From an uncultured delta proteobacterium (GTDB lineage Bacteria > Desulfobacterota > Desulfobacteria > Desulfobacterales > B30-G6): DNA of 64,000 bases. The DNA lies in contig CAWGLD010000001.1 of assembly GCA_963823335.1 (NCBI GenBank), positions 1,216,001 through 1,280,000 on the forward strand. Reading direction: 5' to 3'. Both the position numbers and the translations under genes were made by a program. The notes below the pieces were generated by a model. The model was not told the DNA's origin. It saw nothing but the letters and a program-made list of their open reading frames with translations, and made no database searches. Of the stretch, positions 19,910-30,556 are shown in pieces (the first letter of the stretch is position 1; each line of letters opens with the position of its first letter).

Positions 19910-20854
19910 ATGCCGGTATCAGGCACAGGGTTTTTTGTGTGCCTGATTTTGGCAACTGCTATTTGGGGTTGCGCAGGCACCCTGCCACGGCAATGGTCTT
20001 TACCATTCAATGGCATACCTGAGCGGCATCGGATCTCTTCGGTTCCCTTTTTCCCCCAGACAGAATATCAGTGCGGCCCGGCGTCTCTGGCCATGACACT
20101 TGTCTGGAGCGGTGTTTCCACAGATCCGGAACAGCTTGCCGGGTCGGTGTACACGCCCTCTCTGAAAGGAAGTCTGCAGCCGGCCATGATCGGCGCTGCC
20201 CGGCGCCATGGAAGGGTGGCCTATGTGATTTCAAGCCCGGAGGAACTTCTCACAGAGGTAGCCGCCGGCTACCCGGTAATCGTTCTTCAGAACCTGGGGC
20301 TGTCATGGGTTCCTGTTTGGCACTATGCCGTGGTGATCGGGTATGATGCTGATTCAGGTGTGGTTACCTTGCATTCCGGTGAAACGAACAGCAAAGAAAT
20401 AAGCCTGCGCGTTTTCGACAACACCTGGTCCCGGAGCAGCTACTGGGGCTTATTAACCCTCCCACCGGACCGGTTACCTGCCACTGCCAGTGAAACAGGC
20501 TACACGGAAGCGGTATTGGGTCTCGAAAAAGCGAGAAGATGGCCGGAAGCTATTAAGGGATATCGTACGGCCTTGAAAAAATGGTCCAGCAATCTTAATG
20601 CCCGTATGGGTATCGGAAACAGCTACTATGCCATGGGAGACCTGCCGTCCGCGGAACAATCATTTTCTGAGGCAACGCTTCAATTCCCCACAGAGGGTGC
20701 CGCATTCAACAATCTTGCCCAGGTGTTATTTGAACAGGGAAAAAAGAAGGCGGCGCTGACCGCCGCTGAAAAAGCCGTAAGCATGGGCGGTCCCCTGTCC
20801 GGTGTCTTCCAGGAAACACTGCAAGAAATTAGATCGAGCCTGAACCGACCCTGA
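19910..20854 (+). CDS. PA2778-family C39-like cysteine peptidase lipoprotein with TPRs
   Basis: Lipobox AIWGC; VPFFPQTEYQCGPASLA; WHYAVVIGYD; C-terminal TPRs. Confidence 0.85.
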   Translation: MPVSGTGFFVCLILATAIWGCAGTLPRQWSLPFNGIPERHRISSVPFFPQTEYQCGPASLAMTLVWSGVSTDPEQLAGSVYTPSLKGSLQPAMIGAARRHGRVAYVISSPEELLTEVAAGYPVIVLQNLGLSWVPVWHYAVVIGYDADSGVVTLHSGETNSKEISLRVFDNTWSRSSYWGLLTLPPDRLPATASETGYTEAVLGLEKARRWPEAIKGYRTALKKWSSNLNARMGIGNSYYAMGDLPSAEQSFSEATLQFPTEGAAFNNLAQVLFEQGKKKAALTAAEKAVSMGGPLSGVFQETLQEIRSSLNRP

Positions 20855-20960
20855 CAGGCTGACCATACTCAATACTCCGCGTACTATAGACGTCGTCATA
20901 AGTCGATCTCTTGCAGGCTTATGTAATGAGCCAAAGCACAGATGAGGTAAGCGATTGTTC

Positions 20961-23867
20961 ATGAAAAAACCGATGACAGCCAATAAAACAACGTCCACTC
21001 GTAAAACCAAAAGCGCGCAAGAGCTGGATGCCATCATTGTCAAGGGTGCTAGAGAACATAATCTCAAGGACCTCCATATCTCTCTGCCCAAGAAAAAGCT
21101 GATCGTGTTTACGGGGGTGTCGGGGTCAGGAAAATCGAGCCTGGCCCTGGACACCATTTTTGCAGAAGGGCAACGACGGTATGTCGAATCCCTGTCCGCC
21201 TATGCCCGCCAATTTATCGGCCAGATGGAAAAACCCAGGTACGATACCATCAGGGGGCTTTCCCCCACCATTGCCATTGAACAGAAATCCGTCAGTAAAA
21301 ATCCAAGATCGACGGTGGGTACGATCACAGAAATCTATGATTATTTGCGCGTCCTGTTTGCGAGGGTTGGGGAGCAGTATTGCTATAAATGCGGCCGGCG
21401 TGTTGGAAGGGGAGATGCCGAGAGCATGGTCTCCCAGGCTTTAAACCTACCGGAAGGCACCAGGATTCTCATCATGGCTCCTGTTATTGAAAACAGAAAG
21501 GGTGAATACCGGGAGCTGTTAAGAAAGATAGAAGGAGACGGGTTTGCAAGGGTGCGTGTGGATGGGATTGTAAGTGACATTCAGGTGGTGCAGAGCCTTG
21601 CCAGGCACAAGAAACACACCATCGAGGTGGTGGTGGACCGGCTGGTGGTCAAGGCGGGCAGTTCTTTTCGCAAACGGTTGACCGACTCGGTGGAGACAGC
21701 CCTCAAGCTCGGTCAGGGCAGGATCATTCTGCGCGTGATGGGAAAAGAAGATATACGCATGAGTGAAGCCAGGTCCTGTTGCGGCATCGCCTACCCTGAA
21801 CTGGACCCACCTCTGTTTTCCTTTAACTCGCCCATGGGGATGTGCCCGGACTGCAATGGCATCGGATCCATGCTCTCCATGGATGTCGAAAAAATCGTTC
21901 CCGACAAGACCAAAACCATCCGGGAAGGCGCGGTCATTCCCTGGCAGAACTATTTTTCCAAACCAGAGACGGAAAATGGATCCTGGGGATTCATGCGACT
22001 CAAGGCCATGGCCTCCCAATGGGGCCTCGATCTGGATGTTCCCTGGACCCGGTTGCCCAAAGAACACAAGGAGCTGATATTGAAGGGCTCCAATGGAATG
22101 GAGATGGTGGTCAACTGGCATTCCGAAAAAATTCAGGGGGAATTCACCACCACCCATGAAGGACTCCTCAACAGTCTCATGCGGCGATATAAGCAGACCC
22201 ACTCTGAAAGCATGAAAAAGTGGTATGCCCGGTTCATGTCTTCCAAGGACTGTCCCACCTGCAAGGGAAGGCGTCTCAAGCCGGAAGTCTTGAGCGTGAA
22301 AGTCAACGGGCGCTCTATTATCGATATCACGGAGATGACGATCCAGGAGGCTGCCCGTTTTCTGGATGTCCTTTCACTGTCAGGGAACCGTAAGATGATT
22401 GCCGATGAGCTGTTGAAGGAGATTGGCAGTCGTTTGGGCTTCCTGATAAATGTCGGTCTGGGGTATCTGTCTCTGAACCGCAAGGGCCCGACATTGTCCG
22501 GAGGAGAATCACAGCGCATTCGCCTGGCATCCCAGATAGGTTCTGAGCTCACAGGTGTTCTGTATATTCTGGATGAACCCTCCATCGGTCTTCACCAGAA
22601 AGATAATATCAAACTGCTCAACACACTGGGTCATCTACGGGATATCGGTAACACCCTGATTGTGGTGGAACATGACAAGGAAACCATAGAATCGGCAGAC
22701 TGGCTGGTGGATTTCGGGCCCGGCGCCGGGCATCTTGGTGGTGAAATCGTGGCACAGGGAACCCCGGTCCGGGTGATGAAAAACCCCAAATCCATTACGG
22801 GTAAATATCTTGCCGGCAAGGAAAGAATTGAGATACCGGAAATCAGAAAATCCGTAAGGAATACCGGCAATAAATGGGTGACGATCCGAAAAGCCTCGGA
22901 AAACAATCTCAAAAACATGCATGTGCGCATACCCCTTGGTTTGCTCGTGGCAGTCACGGGTGTGTCCGGTGCGGGTAAATCAACGCTGGTCAATCAGATC
23001 CTCTATCCGGCCCTGGCGCGTAAGCTTCACGATGCTCCCCTGGGGGTGGGCAAACATGGCAGCATCCAGGGCTTGCCACACCTCAACAAGGTGATCAACA
23101 TCGATCAGAAGGCCATCGGTAGAACCCCACGGAGCAATCCGGCTACCTACACAAAGGTGTTTGATCATATACGGGATTTTTATGCTCTTCTGCCGGAGTC
23201 GAAATTGCGCGGCTACCCAAAAGGGCGCTTTTCCTTCAATGTGAAAGGGGGCAGGTGCGAGACATGTCAGGGAGATGGTCATATCAAGGTGGAGATGCAT
23301 TTTCTGGCGGATGTGTACGTGCCCTGTGAGAACTGCAAGGGAAAAAGATTTAACACATCCACCCTGGAAATCAAATACAAGGGCCATTCCATTTCAGACA
23401 TTCTGAATCTTTCGGTTCATCAGGCCCGGGATCTGTTCGGCAACCACCCAAAAATCAAATCGATTCTCGACACACTGATGGACGTAGGGCTGTCCTATAT
23501 CAAACTTGGTCAACCCGCCACAACCCTTTCGGGGGGTGAAGCCCAGCGGATCAAACTGGCCAGAGAACTTGCAAAACGGGCCACCGGCCAAACCCTTTAC
23601 ATTCTCGATGAACCCACCACGGGACTCCACTTTCATGACATCAAGATGCTGCTATCCGTATTGCAGCGCCTTCGGGATGCCGGCAATACCATTGTGATTA
23701 TCGAACACAACCTGGATGTCATCAAGACCTGTGACTGGATTATCGATCTTGGACCGGATGGGGGGCATGAAGGCGGGACCATCGTCGCCCAGGGCACTCC
23801 TGAAAAAGTTTCTACGGTAAAGAAAAGCTACACAGGACAATTTTTAAAAGAAATCCTGAAAAAGTGA
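20961..23867 (+). CDS. uvrA: Excinuclease ABC subunit A
   Basis: GAREHNLK, GVSGSGKSS, two ABC cassettes, zinc fingers. Confidence 0.98.
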   Translation: MKKPMTANKTTSTRKTKSAQELDAIIVKGAREHNLKDLHISLPKKKLIVFTGVSGSGKSSLALDTIFAEGQRRYVESLSAYARQFIGQMEKPRYDTIRGLSPTIAIEQKSVSKNPRSTVGTITEIYDYLRVLFARVGEQYCYKCGRRVGRGDAESMVSQALNLPEGTRILIMAPVIENRKGEYRELLRKIEGDGFARVRVDGIVSDIQVVQSLARHKKHTIEVVVDRLVVKAGSSFRKRLTDSVETALKLGQGRIILRVMGKEDIRMSEARSCCGIAYPELDPPLFSFNSPMGMCPDCNGIGSMLSMDVEKIVPDKTKTIREGAVIPWQNYFSKPETENGSWGFMRLKAMASQWGLDLDVPWTRLPKEHKELILKGSNGMEMVVNWHSEKIQGEFTTTHEGLLNSLMRRYKQTHSESMKKWYARFMSSKDCPTCKGRRLKPEVLSVKVNGRSIIDITEMTIQEAARFLDVLSLSGNRKMIADELLKEIGSRLGFLINVGLGYLSLNRKGPTLSGGESQRIRLASQIGSELTGVLYILDEPSIGLHQKDNIKLLNTLGHLRDIGNTLIVVEHDKETIESADWLVDFGPGAGHLGGEIVAQGTPVRVMKNPKSITGKYLAGKERIEIPEIRKSVRNTGNKWVTIRKASENNLKNMHVRIPLGLLVAVTGVSGAGKSTLVNQILYPALARKLHDAPLGVGKHGSIQGLPHLNKVINIDQKAIGRTPRSNPATYTKVFDHIRDFYALLPESKLRGYPKGRFSFNVKGGRCETCQGDGHIKVEMHFLADVYVPCENCKGKRFNTSTLEIKYKGHSISDILNLSVHQARDLFGNHPKIKSILDTLMDVGLSYIKLGQPATTLSGGEAQRIKLARELAKRATGQTLYILDEPTTGLHFHDIKMLLSVLQRLRDAGNTIVIIEHNLDVIKTCDWIIDLGPDGGHEGGTIVAQGTPEKVSTVKKSYTGQFLKEILKK

Positions 23868-23885
23868 CCCTATCAACACACGGGA

Positions 23886-23960
23886 TTGAAGAGCCTCACA
23901 GCATGCGAAGCACTGCCGAACGGCAAAACCTACGGGGGGGGGGGAGCGCGCATTTTTTTT
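23886..23960 (+). repeat. Family B REP-like element (degenerate, contains a G11 run)
   Basis: TTGAAGAGCCTCACAGCATGCGAAGCACTGCCGAACGGCAAAACCTACGGGG... Confidence 0.75.
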
Positions 23961-24013
23961 GTGCATGGATAGTGTGGCATTAGACGTCACGGACAGCTCT
24001 GGAGTTTAAAAAA

Positions 24014-25129
24014 ATGGAATCTCATTCAGAACTGAAAACCGGGGGAGCGGCGGAAACCATTCGCATGTTGATGGAAGATATTTACGCCCTTGGGAAACTT
24101 ACACGCACCAAGGCCATTTTAGGTGGCTATTGCAATAAAAGTTATGCCGTATGGATGTCGGACAACAAGCGTGTCCAACGGTATTTTCTGCGGCTGTATA
24201 ACCCCAACGCAGTTGAAAAGGAAATCCGGTTTGAACACGCTCTGGTGAATCATTTGAGAACAAATGGGTTTAGCCTTGCAGCGGCTGTTATACCGTGTAA
24301 AAACGGTGAAACGCTGGTGGTCACCCCTTCACCGGAAGATCATCCGGGGAGTCAAGCGCTTTGGGCGGTGTTTGAGTTCCTTGAAGGAGAAGACAAGTAT
24401 TCCTGGACCGACACGGATCTGACGGACAATGAATTCATCAGTGCGGCTGGAATTCTTGCCCGTCTTCATCACTGCTCCCATGGGTTCAAAAAACCACCCG
24501 GTGTCGATCGTGCCCAACCCCGGATCATGGACTTTATTTCCACATTCAAGAACACCTTTAGCACATTTCTGGAACGGACTGTTGATCGTCGGTGTGACCG
24601 GTTGTTCAGGGATAATTATACGGCAATCTGTAACGCCCTGGATGATGCGCTAACATTTGATGCCGGGTTTCAGGGAATGATGGAATTGCCGATTCATGGT
24701 GATTATCACCCCGGAAATCTGAAATATCGGGATGAAACAGGTGTCGGCATTTTCGACTTTGACTGGTCAAAAATCGATTTCCGATTGTTTGATCTTGCCC
24801 TGGGTCTGGTTTATTTCACCAGTATCTGGGATGACCATACCACAGGCCTGCGACCTGATAAATTTTCTCTTTTCCTGAGCACCTACAATGACAGCTGCCA
24901 TCAGTCGGATCGTATCGAGAACTTGACGGAGCAGGAACAGAACGCTCTGATTCCCATGTTGGCCATTGCCAACCTTTATGTGCTCAATTGGGACCTGGTT
25001 GATTTTTTTAACACGACCGAAGCGGATGATGACGCGTATTATGGGTTCATCCACCACAATATCGGTTTGATGCACTGGCTAATCCTTCACAGAGAGATGC
25101 TGGAACGCTTGATACGCCAGGCGGTGTAA
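24014..25129 (+). CDS. APH-family phosphotransferase (homoserine kinase type II-like)
   Basis: FLRLY, IHGDYHPGN, IFDFDW, RLFDLA. Confidence 0.85.
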   Translation: MESHSELKTGGAAETIRMLMEDIYALGKLTRTKAILGGYCNKSYAVWMSDNKRVQRYFLRLYNPNAVEKEIRFEHALVNHLRTNGFSLAAAVIPCKNGETLVVTPSPEDHPGSQALWAVFEFLEGEDKYSWTDTDLTDNEFISAAGILARLHHCSHGFKKPPGVDRAQPRIMDFISTFKNTFSTFLERTVDRRCDRLFRDNYTAICNALDDALTFDAGFQGMMELPIHGDYHPGNLKYRDETGVGIFDFDWSKIDFRLFDLALGLVYFTSIWDDHTTGLRPDKFSLFLSTYNDSCHQSDRIENLTEQEQNALIPMLAIANLYVLNWDLVDFFNTTEADDDAYYGFIHHNIGLMHWLILHREMLERLIRQAV

Positions 25130-25196
25130 GCCGGAAAAGACGCATTTATCCCTGAACTGTCGGCACATCTCTTCAGGAAAAACCGCTCAGCGCGGA

Positions 25197-26594
25197 TTAA
25201 AGAATTAATTCTCTAATAAATTCTATAAGTTGATTCAGATTTCCGCAGGGCCTGACCTCATGGCAGATCTCCTGGTAGGTCTTCATCTCACTGTCACCTG
25301 AGTACCAGAACACCTCTGTTTCGGGATTGAGCCAGAGCACGCGCCGGCATTTTTCCCGCATCTCGTCGAGGATGCCTGCTTCGGGATTGGTGTAGTTGGA
25401 TCGGCCGTCGCCGATGATTATGAGGGTTGTCTTTTTGTTCAGGATATCCATGTAGTCGGCCTTGAATTCCCGAAATGTCTGACCGTAATCGGTGGAGATG
25501 TCATAGGCAATGTCTGCGTCGCTCATGACCCGGTCAATGGCCTGTTCCACATCGTGGTCTTCAAAAAAATGACTGACCTCGTCAAGCCCGGAGACAAAAA
25601 CAAAAGAGCGCACCTTGGTAAAACATTCCTGAAGTGAATAGAGCATATTGAGCATGAATTTTGCCGACGACCAGACCGAACCTGATACATCACAAAGGAC
25701 CACTATTTTGCCGCGCCGGGGCGGTTTTTTGCGGTAGACGATCTCCAGGGGCAGCCCCTGGTACTGGGCTGCCTTTCTGAGGGTTTTTTTTACATCCAGA
25801 ACACCTCTTGCGTGGGTGGCATATCGGAGCGTAATGGTGTCTTTCAGCTTGCGTACCAGAGCCCTTATGGCATCCCGCATTTCTTCTATTTCTTTTCTGG
25901 TCAATGATGTGAAGGCGGTTTCTCCGAGTTTCCCCAGGTGCCGGTCATAGGACTTCCGTATTCTGGGTCGTCTCTTGACCGCGTTAGGGCTGGCGGTCAA
26001 AAGACGAAGGGCGCTGTTCAGTCGCTGTTGATAATGCGTCTCGATGTCCTGGCGGGTTTCCCAATGGATTCTGGTGCGGTTTTTAGCTAGAAACTGAGAG
26101 ACGGACGCGCTTGCCCGGTTGATGGAGAGCATGATATCGAGACGTCTGACCATGCCCCCAAATCCGGTCCCCACTCCCCTGATGGCGCCGGTGCCTTCCG
26201 ATTCGAGTTGCCGCAATCGTTCAAGATAACTTACGAGGTCGCCATCTAAAAAGTCGATGATGGACATCATGGTATCGTCATTCTTGAGATGGATCTCAAG
26301 TTGTTTCCGGATCTCTTTTTTAATATGGGAAATCTTTTCGGAGCCGCTGAGATTCTCACCATCCCGCAACTCATGGAAGAAGAGGTCGTAGAGGTGGTTG
26401 AAAAGATGCTGATCCCGGTGGCTCTTGGCAAAATTGGCCCGCAGGGTCCGTGAAAACTGGGATTCCTCTAGTGGATCGATATGCTGAAGCTGATTGAGGC
26501 AGTCGAGTGTTTCGGATGTTGATATTCGCAGACCCGCTGCCCTTGCGGTAGCAATAAACTTTAGGATAAGGTTTTGCATATGGATCATCTCCAA
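25197..26594 (-). CDS. CoxE-like VWA domain protein
   Basis: LCDVSGSV MIDAS motif, TDYG, IIGDGRSN, WLNPE. Confidence 0.88.
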   Translation of the reverse strand: MEMIHMQNLILKFIATARAAGLRISTSETLDCLNQLQHIDPLEESQFSRTLRANFAKSHRDQHLFNHLYDLFFHELRDGENLSGSEKISHIKKEIRKQLEIHLKNDDTMMSIIDFLDGDLVSYLERLRQLESEGTGAIRGVGTGFGGMVRRLDIMLSINRASASVSQFLAKNRTRIHWETRQDIETHYQQRLNSALRLLTASPNAVKRRPRIRKSYDRHLGKLGETAFTSLTRKEIEEMRDAIRALVRKLKDTITLRYATHARGVLDVKKTLRKAAQYQGLPLEIVYRKKPPRRGKIVVLCDVSGSVWSSAKFMLNMLYSLQECFTKVRSFVFVSGLDEVSHFFEDHDVEQAIDRVMSDADIAYDISTDYGQTFREFKADYMDILNKKTTLIIIGDGRSNYTNPEAGILDEMREKCRRVLWLNPETEVFWYSGDSEMKTYQEICHEVRPCGNLNQLIEFIRELIL

Positions 26595-26603
26595 GAGAGC
26601 TGA

Positions 26604-27515
26604 TCAAATTTTTCGAACAGTCCGCAAGAGATGCTCTTTAACCATATCGGCATCCGAGCGATGTTTGACGATCACATTCAAGGTGTTCAGAATCACATCC
26701 CTGGACAGGTCTTCCACCTGAAGCGCCATGAGCGCGTTGGCCCAGTCGAGGGTTTCGGAAATAGCGGGCTTTTTTTTCAGATCCATGGTCCTGATGGTCT
26801 GGATCGATTCCACCAGCTGGTCGCACAGTTTCTGCTGGATAGCCGGGATTTTCAGACGTACGATCCTGGTTTCGAGATCCTTGCCCGGATAATCGATGTA
26901 CAGATGAAGGCATCGTCTCTTGAGGGCATCGCTCATATCCCTGTAGTTGTTGGATGTTAAGATGACAAACGGGATATGTGCTGCCTTGCGTGTGCCGATC
27001 TCAGGAATGGAGATCTGAAAATCGCTCAGAATCTCCAGCAGAAAGGCCTCGAATTCAGGGTCGGATTTGTCCACCTCGTCCACCAGGAGTACCACGGGTT
27101 TTTCTGAAGAAATGGCTTTCATCAACGGGCGTGGCTGAATAAATCTTTCTGAAAAGAAGGCATCTTCCTGGGCTGCGATTCTATCTGCCGCTTCCGTCAG
27201 GGATGCCGCGCCATCGATAACCAGGTTGATTTTTTCTTTCATCATTTGTGTATAAAGTAACTGCTTGGCATATTCCCATTCATAAAGTGCCTTGGCCTCA
27301 TCCAGACCTTCGTAACACTGCAGCCGTATGATATCCCGCCCGAGGCACCTGGAGACGGCTTTGGCCAGTTCGGTCTTTCCGACACCGGCAGGTCCTTCAA
27401 CGAGGATCGGTTTGTTTGTAGCCGCCGACAGAAAGACGACCGTCGCAATTTCGCTGGAACAGATATAGGCTGCATCTTTTAACCGGCTTTCTGTTTCCTG
27501 TATGGATGTAAACAC
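26604..27515 (-). CDS. MoxR-family AAA+ ATPase (CoxD-like)
   Basis: EGPAGVGKT, RLQCYEGLDE, LLVDEVDK, SDALKRRC. Confidence 0.92.
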   Translation of the reverse strand: MFTSIQETESRLKDAAYICSSEIATVVFLSAATNKPILVEGPAGVGKTELAKAVSRCLGRDIIRLQCYEGLDEAKALYEWEYAKQLLYTQMMKEKINLVIDGAASLTEAADRIAAQEDAFFSERFIQPRPLMKAISSEKPVVLLVDEVDKSDPEFEAFLLEILSDFQISIPEIGTRKAAHIPFVILTSNNYRDMSDALKRRCLHLYIDYPGKDLETRIVRLKIPAIQQKLCDQLVESIQTIRTMDLKKKPAISETLDWANALMALQVEDLSRDVILNTLNVIVKHRSDADMVKEHLLRTVRKI

Positions 27516-27530
27516 GATGGGTTCCTTTCT

Positions 27531-28529
27531 CTATATTTCCTTGATGAACATTGCTACCCCGGGAGATTGTTCCTGACGGGTCTGGTACAGGGTTGTTTTT
27601 CGCCTTTCAAAGCCGAGACCGCGATAGAGCTTCTGGAGTAGAGGATTATTTGTGAAAGAGATAAACCGTCGATAACCTTTTCGGGTCATCCGGTCTACGA
27701 AGGCATTGATGGTAAAATTGCCCACGCGCTGATTTCGGAATCTGGCAGATATGGCAAGAGCCCCGAGTTCAACCGTTTCAGCGTCGATATCGAGTTGTTC
27801 TACACAGCCTACGATAATACCGTCGATTTTCGACACATAAAAACGGGAGGCCCGGTTAAGAATATACTGCAGGTTGCGTGGCTTGAGAAACTGTTCGCGC
27901 TTGTACATACTGAGGATACCGGCTACAATTTGAGCTTCGTACTTACCGGATATCTTTTCCAACGATTCTTCATAGTTATTCGCTATCAGGGTGCCGGACC
28001 CTTCGATGGAAAAAAGCTCGTGTTTGATGGTATACCGACCGGCCGGAAGAATATGCACCCGGTCGATGTTTCCATGATCAATTTTCTGACAGATCATTTC
28101 CAGAATGGATTTAAAATTGACATTTCCGATAAGGTCGCCATATCTGTCAATGGACTGCCGGACTCTTTGGGTTGTGATGGCATTTATTTTCAGGCCCTTC
28201 TGGTCAACAAGATATTTTCTTTCCAGAAATATGATTTTGAAGACAGGGCCCCGGTATTCAAGAACATGATTATAAAAATTGACTTCGGGAAGCACTTTGA
28301 CCACGCGTGTTTCAGGCAGTCGACTGGCAATTTCGCGAAAGTGTTTCTGATTGGAGAATCGATTCGAAATATTGTGGAACAGGGTCGTAACAACACCTTG
28401 GCGCGTCAGGAATTTTATATCCGCAATGATATCGGAGAAATGGTCTCTTAATATACCTTCCCTGCAGGCAATGAAGACATGTTTTCCTGACAATGATTTG
28501 GTATATTCTTTTACATAGAGTTTTGGCAT
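27531..28529 (-). CDS. Shortened ArgA-like protein (reduced kinase-like domain plus GNAT domain)
   Basis: IIADIKFL...RVHIL...ELFSIEGSGTLI resembles ArgA; GNAT motif ELGALAISARFRNQRVG. Confidence 0.65.
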   Translation of the reverse strand: MPKLYVKEYTKSLSGKHVFIACREGILRDHFSDIIADIKFLTRQGVVTTLFHNISNRFSNQKHFREIASRLPETRVVKVLPEVNFYNHVLEYRGPVFKIIFLERKYLVDQKGLKINAITTQRVRQSIDRYGDLIGNVNFKSILEMICQKIDHGNIDRVHILPAGRYTIKHELFSIEGSGTLIANNYEESLEKISGKYEAQIVAGILSMYKREQFLKPRNLQYILNRASRFYVSKIDGIIVGCVEQLDIDAETVELGALAISARFRNQRVGNFTINAFVDRMTRKGYRRFISFTNNPLLQKLYRGLGFERRKTTLYQTRQEQSPGVAMFIKEI

Positions 28530-28665
28530 CGGTTTCGTGGAATGAAAGGGCAGGCAAGATACGAGGCGACGTCATGCATCTATCGTCCACCTGTTTGTCA
28601 CCGGCGATTGCAGGGATGAAAGATCCGAATGGTTTCGTTGTCAGTGGCGGTACAGGGTGATTCAA

Positions 28666-28848
28666 TCAGGATTCTTTATTTTCCTCGATTTTATCATTCT
28701 CTTCTTTGTCGGTTTTGGAGGTCGCGTTTCTGAAATTTCGAATGGCTTTCCCCATTCCACCGCCGATTTCAGGCAGTTTTCCGGCCCCAAAGATGATCAG
28801 AATAATAACGAGTATGATGATGAGTTCCGGCATTCCTATTCCAAACAT
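28666..28848 (-). CDS. tatA: Twin-arginine translocase TatA/E
   Basis: [27 protein letters not shown]. Confidence 0.95.
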   Translation of the reverse strand: MFGIGMPELIIILVIILIIFGAGKLPEIGGGMGKAIRNFRNATSKTDKEENDKIEENKES

Positions 28849-28865
28849 TTACGCCTCCTGTTACG

Positions 28866-29300
28866 TTAAATCGACCCGCCCTGCTTCAATTCCTGCAAAA
28901 GCCGAGTAAATTCTTTTGATTTTAAGTAGGTATCGATTGCGTGTTGATAATGGATCCATTTTTGCCAGATGTCAAGCCAGGCGTCGTTGTGCCAGTAATA
29001 CGCTGGATTGCCCTTACCCTGCAATCGCGCTATGTAGTCTATGTACTCTTCGGAACAGCTTTCACAGAAATTATATGGGATCTTTCTGTTCTGTTGTGTT
29101 GTCTGCCCGTTAAGCGGGTCGACACCCAGTTGTGAACCGCATTTTTCACACTTGGAAGCGCAATGTGTACAGTGAAAGACCTTCCTGACCGCCATGATTT
29201 TGTGCATTCGAATCAGGTCGGAGCGCTCTTTGTCTTTTATTTTTCTTTTTTTGTCAATGGCAATGACGTCTGCCATGGCAACCCCCTTATCATGCATCAC
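28866..29300 (-). CDS. Hypothetical Cys-rich (probable Zn-binding) protein
   Basis: CTHCASKCEKCG...CESC; true start may be 29276. Confidence 0.7.
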   Translation of the reverse strand: MMHDKGVAMADVIAIDKKRKIKDKERSDLIRMHKIMAVRKVFHCTHCASKCEKCGSQLGVDPLNGQTTQQNRKIPYNFCESCSEEYIDYIARLQGKGNPAYYWHNDAWLDIWQKWIHYQHAIDTYLKSKEFTRLLQELKQGGSI

Positions 29301-29535
29301 CTAAAATTTAAAATTATCATAACATCGGGACCTGGGAGTGTCAATCCTTTAGCGGGAGCTCTTTCGGGACGAAAACGTTGTATGGAAGACGTTTGCCGCC
29401 CTGTTGGAACACATGGAAAAAGGATGCTGAGTATCGGTTTCAAGTTGCCTGTTGCGCTTTGTTTCGACTTCTACTATGAAGTGCTTTTAAGGATGACCAA
29501 GGGCGTTTCGGATACTATGAGAAGAGAGGAGCGTT

Positions 29536-30390
29536 ATGCTTGACACGGAAAAAGACAAGAAATTTAGTGGGGCGACACAGTACGTATTGGACGAGGAACT
29601 GGCGAGTATCGTGAATGTTTCCATGGCACTGGAAATGCCGCTGTTGTTAAAAGGCGAGCCCGGTACCGGGAAGACCATGCTGGCATACGCTATTGCGGAG
29701 AGTCTGCACATGCCGCTGATCGTTCTGAATGTGAAATCGAGCATGAAACTTGTGGAAGCCCTCTATCAGTACGATACACTTACACGGCTCAATGACAGTC
29801 GATTCAGTGACTCTGCAAGGGATGTCAGTAACATCGAGGACTATATCAAAATGGGCAAGATCGGCCAGGCCTTTACATCGGATGTCCGGACCGTGTTACT
29901 CATCGACGAAATCGACAAGGCAGACACTGATTTTCAGGATGACATGCTCGATGTCCTGGATCAGATGGAATTTGATATCATCGAGATCGACAAGGTTATA
30001 AAAACCAAACATCGACCGGTGATCATCATTACTTCCAATGCCAAGAAAGACCTGTCAGACCCATTTTTGGGAAGATGCAATTTTCATCACATTGCATTTC
30101 CGGACCCAAAGATGATGCGCAGGATCATCAATGTTCATTTTCCGACGCTGGGTTCCGACCTGACCGATACCGCCATCGATACTTTTTACCGGCTGCGGGA
30201 GTTGGATGCCGTGGAAAAACGTCCAGCCACCCGGGAATTGATCAACTGGATCCGGGCCCTGGATTCGGATCCGGACTTCAAACCGAAAAATCTTTCCAAG
30301 GGTGAGGTGCCGTTTCTGGGTGTGCTGTTCAAAAAAAGCCAGGACTACAGCAGGGCGGTGCAGCAGACGGAGCGCAGACGTTTATTTTAG
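29536..30390 (+). CDS. MoxR-family AAA+ ATPase (PA2707-like)
   Basis: LLLKGEPGTGKT, LLIDEIDKAD, IITSN, FHHIAFPD. Confidence 0.9.
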   Translation: MLDTEKDKKFSGATQYVLDEELASIVNVSMALEMPLLLKGEPGTGKTMLAYAIAESLHMPLIVLNVKSSMKLVEALYQYDTLTRLNDSRFSDSARDVSNIEDYIKMGKIGQAFTSDVRTVLLIDEIDKADTDFQDDMLDVLDQMEFDIIEIDKVIKTKHRPVIIITSNAKKDLSDPFLGRCNFHHIAFPDPKMMRRIINVHFPTLGSDLTDTAIDTFYRLRELDAVEKRPATRELINWIRALDSDPDFKPKNLSKGEVPFLGVLFKKSQDYSRAVQQTERRRLF

Positions 30391-30536
30391 AAGTCATCTC
30401 AAAAAATGTCTTTTGGCCCAATCTCTGTGTTGGCTTCGCGTTTCAACCCCTTAAAATACTTTAGTATTCCTGCGGATTGAAACGTTTGTCCGCCTTGAGC
30501 GTGAACCAAAATCTTATTTTTTCAGACAACTTCTTA
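30388..30536 (-). repeat. Family A hairpin element
   Basis: TAGAAGTCATCTCAAAAAA...TTTTTTCAGACAACTTCTTA; overlaps the TAG stop of moxR. Confidence 0.85.
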
Positions 30537-30556
30537 TAAAATCGTGGAGCGATTTT

